33,676 nt of DNA from contig JALXBP010000147.1 in the NCBI GenBank assembly GCA_026991395.1, forward strand, positions 1 through 33,676, read 5' to 3'. Positions 19,314-27,965 of the stretch are shown one piece after another. The notes under the pieces were generated by a model. That model saw nothing but the letters and a program-made list of their open reading frames with translations, was not told where the DNA came from and searched no databases. This stretch comes from Anaerolineae bacterium. GTDB taxonomy: Bacteria; Chloroflexota; Anaerolineae; B4-G1; SLSP01. Numbering within the stretch: the stretch's first letter is position 1; every line of letters starts with the position of its first letter. The position numbers and the translations under genes were made by a program.

Positions 19314-21706
19314 CTCCCATCGCGACGATGGCAGGCGGTGGGGCATGGCATTTCGATTGGCGCTCTGCGCTGATCGGCTTCGCCGCGGGATGGCTGCTCC
19401 TCATCGTGCTCTATCGGCAGCGGGAGGGATTGCGGGCCGCGGCGGAACGGCTGCTTGCCCCCTTGGCTGCCCTGAAGCGGCGGCTTCAGAGCAGCGCCGA
19501 GGAAAAGTACCGCCAAGCCCTGCGTCGGCAGATGCGGCGTTATCTCCTCTTCCGCCCCTCGCAGCCAGAGCAGATCGTCCGCCCCCCGCTGCTGCAGGCG
19601 GAAGGCCCTCTGCCGACGACGCTGGCCGACGCCGGGCGGGCGGCGGAAAGCCTCACCCTCCCCCTCTCGGCGCTGCTGCGAGGCCACCCGCGGCTCCTCC
19701 TTTCCGGTGAGGAGGGGGCGGGCCGAACGGCGGCGCTCATTGCCCTCGCCCTGCACGTGCTCGACCGTGAGGATGGCCCCTTCCCGCTCTGGCTGGACCT
19801 GCGCTTCTTCCCCACGACGGAGGAAGGGGCGTCGATGCCCGTTGCGCAGATGCTGGGCGAGGTCGCCGTCCGCAGCGTCCCGCAGGCTTCGCGTTCGCTA
19901 CTGCAGCAGGCCGTGGAGCGGGGACAACTCCTCGTGCTGGTGGACGGCTGGGATGACTTGGCCGAGGATGTGCGTCCCTGGGTAGCCGCCCGTCTGGCCG
20001 AGGGGGCCGAGGCGCTGCCGGAGGCCCGCTGGATCGTGGCGGTCTCGCCGAAGGGATGCGGCTGGCTGACCGAACGCGGCTTCGTGCCCCTCACGCCGCT
20101 CCCCCCCTCGATGGCCGACGTGCGGCAACTCTACGCCGCGTGGGCGGCCCGCTTCGAGCAGGAGGCGAGCCTGCCGCTCGACCTGGAGGCGCTGTTGCGC
20201 TGGGCGCTGGCCAGCGGCGACGGCTATCTTCCGCTGACCCTGCGCTTGCTGCTCCACTTCCGCTACAACGAGCGCCCCGACCGTCTGGCCGACGTGCTCC
20301 TGGCCTGGCGGGATTACCTCCTCCCCCTGCCGGAGGGGGAGGAGGTCGAGCGGCTGGAGGAGATACAACGGCTGGCCTGGGCCTTCGTCGAGCACCTGGC
20401 CTATCACGAGCGGGTAGAAGGCATGCCCATCACCGCCGCTTACTTCCGCGAGACGCTGGCTTCCCTCGTGCCCGCAGAGGCGGAGCACGCCGCGCAGCTT
20501 GCCGAGAGGGTGAAGCGCCTCGTCGATCGCGCTCATCTCCTGGTGAAAGAGGGGCGCACGGTACGCTTTGCACATTTCGCGTGGGCCGATCTCTTCGCCG
20601 CGCTGGCGCTGGCCCGCCGCGAGGAGATTCTCCCCCTCGTCCACCACATCGACGATCCGGCGTGGGCCTTCCTGCTGGAATGCTTCGTTGCCCTGGGCCA
20701 GGCGGATGAGCTGGTGCGGATGCTCCTCAAGCGGGCGCTGCAGGAGGAGGATGTCGCCACGCTCCTGCGCGTCTCGCGCTGGGCTGCGCTCGCACCGGAG
20801 GCGGTCGATTGGCGCAAGCCGGTGTTGATGGCTCTGGCCCGCTTCTTCACGACGTCGGCGCTGGCCCCGGCGCAGCGCTTGGCGGTGGGGAAAGCCCTGG
20901 CACTCGTCGCGGGCGAGGAGGCCCGCCCCTTCTACCTGAAGGCGCTGCGCCATCCGCTCCGGGATGTGCAGGTGGCGGCGCTGCGCGGCCTGGGCTGGAC
21001 GGGAACGGTCCAGGATATGCACATCCTCGCCGCCGCCGTGAAGGATGCCCGCGAGCCGATTCGCGTAGCCGCCGTCCGTGCCTTGGGCGATCTGGGGACG
21101 GGCGGCGCTCTGCGCCTGCTGCGGGAACTGCTCTACGGCAGCGACGAGGCGCTGATGCTGGTCATCGCCGAGACCCTGGCCGAGTCCCCCGACGGTTGGG
21201 AGATTTTGCAGGAAGCGTCCAGGGATGAGGACCTCCTGGTGCGGCGTGCCGCCGCACACGGCCTGGGCCGCGTGCCGGAGGCGTGGGCCGAGCTTCGCCT
21301 GACGAAGATGGCCCGTGAGGACGGGGAGTGGCTGGTGCGCTCGGCTGCCGATGCTGCCCTGGCCGCCCGACAGCAGCAGGGAGCCGTCAAGGCGGAGGTC
21401 CCCTCCCCGCCGCGCGTGGATGAACTGCCCTGGCTGATCAACTGGGCGGCGCGGCAGGGGCTTGGCGTGGGCGTGGGGGAGGAGGCGTACACGGCCTTGC
21501 TGCACGCGCTGGAACACGGCGAGCCGGAAGCGCAGATCCTCGCCGCGCGCACGCTGACACGCATCGGGCGCGAGCAGGATGTCGATTTGCTGCGGGACGT
21601 TCTGGGACAGGCGGAGGATGAGGCCGTGCGCCGTGCACTGCGCGAAGCGCTGACCCAACTCGAAAGCTGCTACGGGCTGGAACGCGAGGTGCTACGGCTC
21701 CAGTGA
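19310..21706 (+). CDS. Membrane-anchored NACHT-like (STAND) NTPase with a Walker A Lys->Arg substitution and C-terminal HEAT (PBS-lyase-type) repeats
   Basis: 798 aa. The TTG start overlaps the RR stop as TTGA. An ATG at 19328 is an alternative. N-terminal TM helix is LIGFAAGWLLLIVLY. The P-loop is LLLSGEEGAGRTAAL, that is GxxGxGRT instead of GKT/S. Walker B is LLVLVDGWDDL, followed by a sensor-like WIVAVSPKG. There are at least six HEAT/Arm-like repeats, for example VRVAAVRALGDLG, LLVRRAAAHGLGRV, WLVRSAADAAL and EAQILAARTLTRIG. Confidence 0.75.
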   Translation: MTPIATMAGGGAWHFDWRSALIGFAAGWLLLIVLYRQREGLRAAAERLLAPLAALKRRLQSSAEEKYRQALRRQMRRYLLFRPSQPEQIVRPPLLQAEGPLPTTLADAGRAAESLTLPLSALLRGHPRLLLSGEEGAGRTAALIALALHVLDREDGPFPLWLDLRFFPTTEEGASMPVAQMLGEVAVRSVPQASRSLLQQAVERGQLLVLVDGWDDLAEDVRPWVAARLAEGAEALPEARWIVAVSPKGCGWLTERGFVPLTPLPPSMADVRQLYAAWAARFEQEASLPLDLEALLRWALASGDGYLPLTLRLLLHFRYNERPDRLADVLLAWRDYLLPLPEGEEVERLEEIQRLAWAFVEHLAYHERVEGMPITAAYFRETLASLVPAEAEHAAQLAERVKRLVDRAHLLVKEGRTVRFAHFAWADLFAALALARREEILPLVHHIDDPAWAFLLECFVALGQADELVRMLLKRALQEEDVATLLRVSRWAALAPEAVDWRKPVLMALARFFTTSALAPAQRLAVGKALALVAGEEARPFYLKALRHPLRDVQVAALRGLGWTGTVQDMHILAAAVKDAREPIRVAAVRALGDLGTGGALRLLRELLYGSDEALMLVIAETLAESPDGWEILQEASRDEDLLVRRAAAHGLGRVPEAWAELRLTKMAREDGEWLVRSAADAALAARQQQGAVKAEVPSPPRVDELPWLINWAARQGLGVGVGEEAYTALLHALEHGEPEAQILAARTLTRIGREQDVDLLRDVLGQAEDEAVRRALREALTQLESCYGLEREVLRLQ

Positions 21707-23242
21707 GGCGAAGTAGGAGCGCACGTAGGTGCGTAACGCGGGCGGAAGAGGCTCTCTGGAGAGGGTCGCTTCCGCCTCCCGACGATAGGCGGCGTAGATC
21801 TCGCGGTAGGGGATGCGGCTGCTGCCCGGCGTTGCCTCGGAGGGCGAGCCGCCGCTTCCCAGCGTCTCCTTGCGCGGGATGGTGATGGTCTCGCCTCTCT
21901 CTTCCAGACGACCGTTTTCCTCCCCGTAGGGCGCGCCGCTGCCGCTGTCTTCGCTGTGCCCCCCGCTGGCCGTGCCGTCGCGACTCGTGCCGCTGCCCTG
22001 TGTGCCGCCGCGAGGGCCTGCCGGGCCGGAGGTGTTGCCGTCCGTCGCGTTGCCCGGCTGCGACGAGGCCGAATCCGCTGCGCCCTGCCCGCTGCTCGCC
22101 TGGGCCATCTCCGTCCGGGCTTGCTGAAGCTGCGCCTGGGCCTGCTGCAGTGCCTGATTGGGGGCCTGGGCCTGCGCCGCCCGCTCGAAGGAGGCGGCGG
22201 CGCTGCGGAGCGCCTCTTTGGCCGAGGCGGTGTCGCCATTGTAGAGGGCCTCGGAGGCCTGGCGCAGTTGCGCGGCGACCTCCGGCTCGGTCGTCGCCAG
22301 CGTGTCGGCCATCTGCGCCAGGGCATCGGCGAGGGCCGTCAGCTCCTCCGGCGAGAGCGGGCGGCCTTCCTCGCTGTCGGCCAGGCTGCGCAGATAGCTC
22401 GCCGCCGCTTCGACGTCGCCCTGCTCTAACGCCCGCGCCAGGGGGCGGACCACCTCCTCCGTCGAAAGGGGGGCGGCCTCGCTGAGGTGGCGGACCAGCG
22501 CATCGGCCTCCGGCGAACGCAGCCCCTCCAGGCGGCGCTCGGCTTCGGCCAGCGCGCGCATCTTCTCCTCCGCCGTGGCGTGCGGATCGTCCAACGCGGC
22601 CTGCGCCTCGGCGAGAATCTGCTCCGCTTCCCGACGTGTCGCCTCGTCCAGGGCCGGATCGCTTTCCAGCGCCTGGGCGGCGGCTTCGAGTTGGGCGGCT
22701 GCGGCTTCCGTCGCGGCCTGCAGCCGCTCTCGTTCGACGAGGACGGCTTCCTGCGGGTTGGGCAGGGCGATGAGGGGGATGAGCGCCAGGAGGAGCAGGA
22801 GGAGGCCGTGGACGACGCCTCGCGGCGGGCGGAGGGAGAGGAGCCGACGGCTGTCCACGCTGCGGAGGCGGTGGAGGGTCTCGCGGAACTGGAGCTGCCG
22901 CATCTGCGGGGTCGTCGGCGTGATGCCTGCGGCCAGTTCCCAGGCGGTCGTCAGGCGGTCGGCCAGCCGGAGTTGGCGGTCGAGGTGGCGGACGATCGCC
23001 GCCCTCGGTGTCGGCCAGAGCAGGGCCGCGAGTCCGGCCAGCCCACCCGCTGCGGCGGGGAGCAGGGGGACGAAGAGGAGGAGGGTGTGCTGGTGGAGCA
23101 GGGGGCGGAGACGGGCGAGGAGGAAGAGCGCATCGAGCAGCCCCAGGCCGACGACGATGCCCCACAGTGCATAGAGGTAGGCCCGCCGCAGCCGCCAGGC
23201 GCGTTGCAGGCGGGCGATTGCGTGCCGGAGGCTGGGGGGCAT
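21692..23242 (-). CDS. Membrane-anchored coiled-coil protein with a Gly/Ser/Thr-rich low-complexity linker and a conserved-looking C-terminal motif (hypothetical)
   Basis: The internal ATG at 23242 has GGAG 9 nt upstream and sits 1 nt after the upstream stop. The track ORF N-terminus is an S/P-rich artefact. It has two TM helices (LYALWGIVVGLGLLDALFLLA and LLLFVPLLPAAAGGLAGLAALLW) plus a third hydrophobic segment. About 200 aa of A/E/L-rich helical sequence follows, then the G/S/T low-complexity stretch. It ends with ...LRTYVRSYFASLEP. About 516 aa. Confidence 0.6.
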   Translation of the reverse strand: MPPSLRHAIARLQRAWRLRRAYLYALWGIVVGLGLLDALFLLARLRPLLHQHTLLLFVPLLPAAAGGLAGLAALLWPTPRAAIVRHLDRQLRLADRLTTAWELAAGITPTTPQMRQLQFRETLHRLRSVDSRRLLSLRPPRGVVHGLLLLLLALIPLIALPNPQEAVLVERERLQAATEAAAAQLEAAAQALESDPALDEATRREAEQILAEAQAALDDPHATAEEKMRALAEAERRLEGLRSPEADALVRHLSEAAPLSTEEVVRPLARALEQGDVEAAASYLRSLADSEEGRPLSPEELTALADALAQMADTLATTEPEVAAQLRQASEALYNGDTASAKEALRSAAASFERAAQAQAPNQALQQAQAQLQQARTEMAQASSGQGAADSASSQPGNATDGNTSGPAGPRGGTQGSGTSRDGTASGGHSEDSGSGAPYGEENGRLEERGETITIPRKETLGSGGSPSEATPGSSRIPYREIYAAYRREAEATLSREPLPPALRTYVRSYFASLEP

Positions 23243-23243
23243 T

Positions 23244-24158
23244 TCACCGCTCCTTGCGCTTGAGCGTCCGCGTGGTGCCGATGAGGGCGAGGATGGTGAC
23301 GATGGCGACGAGGAAGGTGTAGATGATCCAGGGGGAGGGAAGGATGACGGAACCGATAAGCCCCGCCGTCGGGTGGTGGATATCAACCGTGACGAGGAAC
23401 CATTCGCCGTGCGGTATGCCGAGCACCTCGGTGGCGATGGCCGCCGAGGGGGGGTAGAAGGCGGAGAGGATGATGGGGATGACGTAGGCCGCGACGACGA
23501 GGAAGTAGGGGGTATCGACGGAGTTGGTTGCATTGAGGGCGATGAACATACCGAGCGATGAGGCGATCGTGCCGGCAACGGCCCAAGAGGCGAAGATCAG
23601 ACCGTAGTAGACGAGGACGGCGGTCAGCGTCTGCCGCATCCTGGCGGAGATGAAGAGCGCGATGGCCGTGCTACCCGTCATCGTCACGACGAGGAAGATG
23701 ATGGTCAGGATCAGTTCGGCGGTAGAGATACCCCCCGTCCAGAAGCCGAAGAAGAAGATGGGGATCGGCGCGAGAATGAAGAGGCCGCCTTCCAGCAGTG
23801 CCGCGCCCATCTTGCCCAAGGTGATGGCCGAGCGCGGCAGTGTGGTCAGCTTGAGGATGTCCAGCGTGCGGCGGCTGCGCTCTCCGGCGATCATCCCCAG
23901 CGCGGGGAGGGGAGCCAGCATCCAGGCCGTGCCCAACATAATCGATGAGATGCTCCAGAAGAGGGCGCGGCCCGACACGAAGAAATCGAGGAGCGAGCGT
24001 CGTCCGACACCGAGGAAAGTTCTGCTGCTGCCGATCGTGGTCAGCACGAAGGTGAAGAAGAGCATCTCGAGCAGGAGGTAGGTTCCCAGAAGCCAGAAGA
24101 TCGTATTCCGGCGCACGGTCGTGTGCAGATGGCGCAGCAGGATGGGGTTGAGCGTCAT
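23244..24158 (-). CDS. ABC-2-family-type permease-like membrane protein, with no ATPase partner in the window
   Basis: The internal ATG at 24158 overlaps the PsiE-like stop as ATGA. About six TM helices. The conserved cytoplasmic motif is GERSRRTLDILKLTTLPRSAITLGKMGAAL, of the ExE.GTlE.L...P.sR type found in ABC-2 permeases. Confidence 0.6.
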   Translation of the reverse strand: MTLNPILLRHLHTTVRRNTIFWLLGTYLLLEMLFFTFVLTTIGSSRTFLGVGRRSLLDFFVSGRALFWSISSIMLGTAWMLAPLPALGMIAGERSRRTLDILKLTTLPRSAITLGKMGAALLEGGLFILAPIPIFFFGFWTGGISTAELILTIIFLVVTMTGSTAIALFISARMRQTLTAVLVYYGLIFASWAVAGTIASSLGMFIALNATNSVDTPYFLVVAAYVIPIILSAFYPPSAAIATEVLGIPHGEWFLVTVDIHHPTAGLIGSVILPSPWIIYTFLVAIVTILALIGTTRTLKRKER

Positions 24159-24688
24159 CGGGCTTCCTCCTGACGGGAGACCGCCGACCATCGCTTGCTT
24201 CGGCGGACGAGGTAGAGGGCAATGCTGAGCATGAGGATGATCAGCCCCTCCAAGGCCAGTTCCTGCAGGCCGTAACGGTAGATGGCGGGGCCGGCGTCCT
24301 CGCGTGAAAGCTCGACGCTGAGCAGGAGCAGCTTGCGCACGCCGGAGATGATGCCGACGTAGATGAAGGGTTCCAGGGGGACGTTGTGTTCACGGAGGTA
24401 GGTGATGACCGTCCACATCAGCTCGAGGGAAATAAGGGCGAGCAGGATGCTGTGGACCGTGTCGAGGAAGATCTGCTGGAAGTCGCTCTGGTAGTGGAAG
24501 AGGGCCCGGAGGCTGTGGAGGCCGTGCAGGATGCTGCTCAGCGCCAGGATGGCCAAGATGACGCCGACGGCCAGTTGCAGCCAATCGTCCGCCGCCGTCA
24601 GCCAGGTGAGAAAGAGATGGCGCAGTGCGGTCTCTTTCGATTGTCCCTTGTCGCCCACATCGACCTCCCGATTCTCTTCTCCGGTCAT
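24155..24688 (-). CDS. PsiE-family (phosphate-starvation-inducible E-like) small membrane protein
   Basis: 177 aa from the ATG at 24688, or 167 aa from the GTG at 24658, which has GGAGG 5 nt upstream. Four TM helices. ...LEPFIYVGIISGVRKLLLL resembles the E. coli PsiE segment PLRYFVYIGITAIVRLIIV. The strong promoter's -10 overlaps the ATG, so the GTG may be the real start. Confidence 0.5.
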   Translation of the reverse strand: MTGEENREVDVGDKGQSKETALRHLFLTWLTAADDWLQLAVGVILAILALSSILHGLHSLRALFHYQSDFQQIFLDTVHSILLALISLELMWTVITYLREHNVPLEPFIYVGIISGVRKLLLLSVELSREDAGPAIYRYGLQELALEGLIILMLSIALYLVRRSKRWSAVSRQEEAR

Positions 24689-24714
24689 TGTAGCGTCCGG
24701 CGTGCTGCTGTCAA
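24687..24714 (-). promoter_or_regulatory. sigma70-type promoter (TTGACA-16 nt-TACAAT) for the PsiE/ABC-2/coiled-coil operon
   Basis: On the minus strand it reads aTTGACAgcagcacgccggacgcTACAATg. The last AT of the -10 plus the following G form the annotated ATG. This implies either a leaderless or very short-leader transcript, or use of the GTG at 24658. Confidence 0.5.
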
Positions 24715-24751
24715 TGGAGAAGTGGCCCGGTGCCGACTTCGGCGCCGCCCG

Positions 24752-25681
24752 TCAGACGATCAGCCATTCGTACAGGCTCTCCAGCGAAAGTTCCGGGCAG
24801 ACGGTTTCGCGGCTCTGGATGGTCTGGGCGGCGGCAGCCAGGCCCAGCCGTACCGCCTCCGACGGCGGCAGTTCCTCCAGCAGGCCGTAGGCGGTGGCGG
24901 CGGTCAGCGCGTCGCCTGCGCCGGTCAGATCGACGACCTCGTGGGTGAAGGTGGGGAGGTGGCCGCTTTCCGACGGGGTGGCGTAGATCAGCCCCTTGGC
25001 CCCCAAGGTGATGACGGCCAGCCCGACGCCCATCCGCGTCAGTTGGCGGGCCCCTTCGCGCAGGGCCTCTTCGTCGTCGGGCAGCGCGTAGCCGAGGATG
25101 GCTTCGGCCTCGCGGCGGTTGGGCGTCAACAGGGCCAGTTGATCGAGGTAGGGGCGCAGGCGCGGTGCCAACAGGGAGGAGGTCGGGTCGGCACAGACGG
25201 GGATGTCGTAGCGGCGGGCGAGGCGGAAGAGCGTCCGCAGCGCATCGGGGGTGAGGTTGGCATCGAGGCAGATCATCTCCGTCTCTTTGAAGAGGCGGCG
25301 GTGGCGGTAGAGATGCCCGGCGGTGATCCGCTCGATGCAGGCCATATCGTCGAAGGCGATCCACAGGTCGTTTTCCGATTGGTAGAGGGCGACGTAGGCC
25401 GCCGTTTTGCCATCCTCGATGAGGAGGGAGGCGTTGGTCTCGATGCCCACGCTGTGGAGATGGGCCAGGAGCTGGCGTCCGGAGAGGTCGTCGCCCAACG
25501 CCGTGATCAGGTGGACATCGACGCCGAGCCTCGCCAGATTCTCGGCCAGATTGCGTGCCACGCCGCCCCAGCCCCAGCGGATGGGGGCCGGATTGGATTG
25601 CGCCCAAAGCGGGTTTTCCGCCACCTTGACTTTGACATCGACGCTTGCCGAGCCGATGACCAGGACTTCGTGCTCGTCCAT
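24752..25681 (-). CDS. PfkB-family carbohydrate/nucleoside kinase (ribokinase-like)
   Basis: 309 aa. The N-terminal GG motif is VLVIGSASVDV. The anion-hole/catalytic motif is DLTGAGDALTAA. GAGGAGG RBS. It sits 30 nt downstream of the preceding gene. Confidence 0.85.
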   Translation of the reverse strand: MDEHEVLVIGSASVDVKVKVAENPLWAQSNPAPIRWGWGGVARNLAENLARLGVDVHLITALGDDLSGRQLLAHLHSVGIETNASLLIEDGKTAAYVALYQSENDLWIAFDDMACIERITAGHLYRHRRLFKETEMICLDANLTPDALRTLFRLARRYDIPVCADPTSSLLAPRLRPYLDQLALLTPNRREAEAILGYALPDDEEALREGARQLTRMGVGLAVITLGAKGLIYATPSESGHLPTFTHEVVDLTGAGDALTAATAYGLLEELPPSEAVRLGLAAAAQTIQSRETVCPELSLESLYEWLIV

Positions 25682-25711
25682 CCTGTGCCTCCTCGTCGGG
25701 TCAGAGGGCGG

Positions 25712-26665
25712 CTATGCCCCTTCGATGCTGCAGAGCATCACCGGAATGCCGCCGAGCTTGAGGAAAGGTCGGTCGTCATTCGTCCAGACGATATGTCCGT
25801 CGTGAAAGCGACGGAAGGAACGCAGGGCGAAAGCGTCGGGGCCGCGGAGAGGACGGTTCCCCTCCCAGGCCATCACCAGGAAGTCGCCCTCGAAGTCCGG
25901 CACGTCCTGCGAGATGACCGGCAGGTCGTTGTCTTTCATCGCCAACGCGAAGTAGAAGGTCTCGCAGAGCGGGCAGATGGGCGGATAGCGTCCCTCCGCA
26001 AGTGAGCGGCAGCGGACGGTGCTCCCGTCTCCCCGCTCCAGCGCGTTGCCGTCGATGGGGACGATGCGCACCTCGAACGCCGGTTCCTCCGCAGGGGGGA
26101 GGTAGAGCGGGACGATGGCGCGGCGCGCGAGCGGCGGCGTCTCTTCCTGCGCCGCGAGCAGCGCCTCGATCCAGCGGAGCAGTCGCTCGCCGATGGCGAA
26201 CTTCTCGTTTTCGGCGCGGAAGTGCCAGTCCTCCTGGCACTGTCGGATGTACCTGGCGGCCTGGAGCAGGGAGGCTTTGGCCTCGGCGTCGGCGTGCAGA
26301 CGGTAGTGGATCAGCCCCTGGAGATAGCGTGCTAACGCCTCGTCGTAGCGTGCGTCGATGTCGTTGCGTGTTTCCAGCCAGGGGATGACGCGCGTGAGTT
26401 CCTCCAGCGCCTCCCCCCATCGGCACTGACGGCGCAGGAGCTCGGCGCGGAAGAGGCCGTAGACGGCGAAGGTGTAGCGTTTGCGCTGCTTCCAGGCGTG
26501 CTCCTGCCGGACGGCGAGGCTCGTCAGGGCCTGACCGATGGCCTGCTGCGGAAGAGCGCCCTCGTCGAACTGGCGCTGCAGGGCCTGGCGCTCTTCCTCG
26601 GTAAAGGTCGCCGGCTTCCACAGGCCCGGAACGGTCAGCTCATCGGGAACGAAGAGATAACGCAT
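25712..26665 (-). CDS. Hypothetical protein with a helical N-domain and a C-terminal domain carrying a CPLC motif
   Basis: 317 aa. Its ATG directly abuts the stop of the upstream SPFH gene, with a 0-nt spacer. No family recognised. The C-terminal 130 aa (FEVRIVPIDG...CPLCETF...GDFLVMAWEG...) looks like a beta-rich domain. Composition is consistent with real coding sequence. Confidence 0.55.
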   Translation of the reverse strand: MRYLFVPDELTVPGLWKPATFTEEERQALQRQFDEGALPQQAIGQALTSLAVRQEHAWKQRKRYTFAVYGLFRAELLRRQCRWGEALEELTRVIPWLETRNDIDARYDEALARYLQGLIHYRLHADAEAKASLLQAARYIRQCQEDWHFRAENEKFAIGERLLRWIEALLAAQEETPPLARRAIVPLYLPPAEEPAFEVRIVPIDGNALERGDGSTVRCRSLAEGRYPPICPLCETFYFALAMKDNDLPVISQDVPDFEGDFLVMAWEGNRPLRGPDAFALRSFRRFHDGHIVWTNDDRPFLKLGGIPVMLCSIEGA

Positions 26666-27964
26666 CTACGTTTCGCTGGGCGGTGCAGGGAATTCTTTCG
26701 CTTCGTCCGTGCTGCCTCCCTGTGTTTCGCCGATGATCAGGGTTTCTCGCAACATTCCTATCTCCTCGAGCATGGTCATCTGAACCAGCGGGTCCTCGCG
26801 GGACATCGAGCGGAGCACCTCCATAAAGCGGATCTGGAGCATCATCGCAAGCGTTTCCCGGCTCTCTTCATCGCTAATCTCGTTTTCGATCGCCCCCCAG
26901 TTCTCGAACATCCGGGTGAGGAGATCGACGCCCGCTTGAATCCGCGCCGTCTCGACCATCTGCCAGCCTTGAGTGCGCGCTTCGGCATTCCAGCGGCGGA
27001 TGGCCCGCTCCCATTGCGCGCGCCAGCGCTGCATCCACCGCCGGGAGACGCCCTCGTCCTGCGGCTGGATGGGGCCGATGCGCAGGCTCTCTAAGGAGAC
27101 GCCCCAGACGGCGACGGCCTCGCGGACGACCTGCTCCAGTTCCCGGGAAAGTGCCGCCAGCGGGGCTTCGTCGCTCTGCAGGTTGAGGATCTCCTCCAGG
27201 CGCATCGATTCCAGCTTGTTGCGCACCGTGCCTTTTGCATTGCCCAAAACGAGTTCCGGCCATCGTTTCACCGAAGGCTTGGCCTGCTCGCCGAGGAAGC
27301 GCTTCATCGTCGTCAGACGAAGGATGATCTCCGGATCGTAGGGATAGTGCCGCAGTTCGTCGGCGCGCTGACCGGCGTGGCTGACCTGGAAGAAAAGCTC
27401 GATCTCCGCCGTAACGGGGATGCCGTCGCGGGTAACGGCCTCTACCGTGTCGGTGCGTCGCTGCCGCCGCAGATCGACGGTGTCCCATACGCGCTCGAAA
27501 GGCTCCAGATCGTAGAAGCCCGGCCCCAGGACCCGGTGCAGTTCCCCGCCGCGGCAGGTTACGGCGGCGCTATCGGGGCGGACGACGAGGTAACCGGGAC
27601 CGCCCGCCTTCTTGAGCACGCCCGGCCCGTCGGGATCGGCACGGCCTTCGCTGACGAGGAGAACGGGGCCTACCGGAGGAAGCGTGGAGACGCCAAAGAC
27701 CAGGTTGTCCCTGAGCTGCTTCGCCTCCTCCTCGGACAGGCCGTAGAGCCGTTGCAGGAAGAAGAAGATATTCCTGCTTGCTATGATTCCGGCGATGACC
27801 AGGATGATGGCAAGACCGAAGGAGAGCCAGAGGGCGGTGGCGGCCCATCCTGTCCCCATCGTGAAGAGCACGAGGACGGCGAAGAGCACTGTGAGGGCGA
27901 TGGCAACGAGCAGAAAGAGGAAGAACTGCAGATTGGAAAGCTGACGGCTCTTGAGTTTTTTCAT
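26666..27964 (-). CDS. SPFH/band-7 (stomatin-prohibitin-like) membrane protein, paralog B
   Basis: 432 aa with two N-terminal TM helices. The SPFH core is RVLGPGFYDLEPFERVWDTVDLRRQRRTDTVEAVTRDGIPVTAEIELFFQV. Compare stomatin [51 protein letters not shown]. It starts 1 nt after the paralog A stop, with GGAGG 7 nt upstream. Confidence 0.75.
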   Translation of the reverse strand: MKKLKSRQLSNLQFFLFLLVAIALTVLFAVLVLFTMGTGWAATALWLSFGLAIILVIAGIIASRNIFFFLQRLYGLSEEEAKQLRDNLVFGVSTLPPVGPVLLVSEGRADPDGPGVLKKAGGPGYLVVRPDSAAVTCRGGELHRVLGPGFYDLEPFERVWDTVDLRRQRRTDTVEAVTRDGIPVTAEIELFFQVSHAGQRADELRHYPYDPEIILRLTTMKRFLGEQAKPSVKRWPELVLGNAKGTVRNKLESMRLEEILNLQSDEAPLAALSRELEQVVREAVAVWGVSLESLRIGPIQPQDEGVSRRWMQRWRAQWERAIRRWNAEARTQGWQMVETARIQAGVDLLTRMFENWGAIENEISDEESRETLAMMLQIRFMEVLRSMSREDPLVQMTMLEEIGMLRETLIIGETQGGSTDEAKEFPAPPSET

Positions 27965-27965
27965 C

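Noticed and set aside
19898-21658. 586-aa minus ORF antisense to the NACHT-HEAT gene
   Set aside because: Low-complexity artefact with no RBS or start context. The plus frame has Walker and HEAT motifs.
21438-23165. 575-aa Pro/Arg-rich minus ORF, and the plus ORFs 22000..22485 and 22487..23263
   Set aside because: Composition is extreme (P/R/G/A). The other minus frame gives a coherent TM, coiled-coil and low-complexity protein with an RBS and a 1-nt junction to the upstream gene.
24689-24751. Imperfect hairpin GGTGCCG-ACTT-CGGCGCC after the PfkB stop as a possible terminator
   Set aside because: On the transcribed (minus) strand the wobble becomes a C-A mismatch and no U-tract follows. The same interval carries a strong promoter instead.
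24386-26005. 539-aa plus ORF antisense to the PfkB and hypothetical genes, and the 298-aa minus ORF 24711..25607
   Set aside because: The antisense frame of a high-GC gene. The PfkB motifs (GG, DLTGAGDA) are in the minus frame reported.
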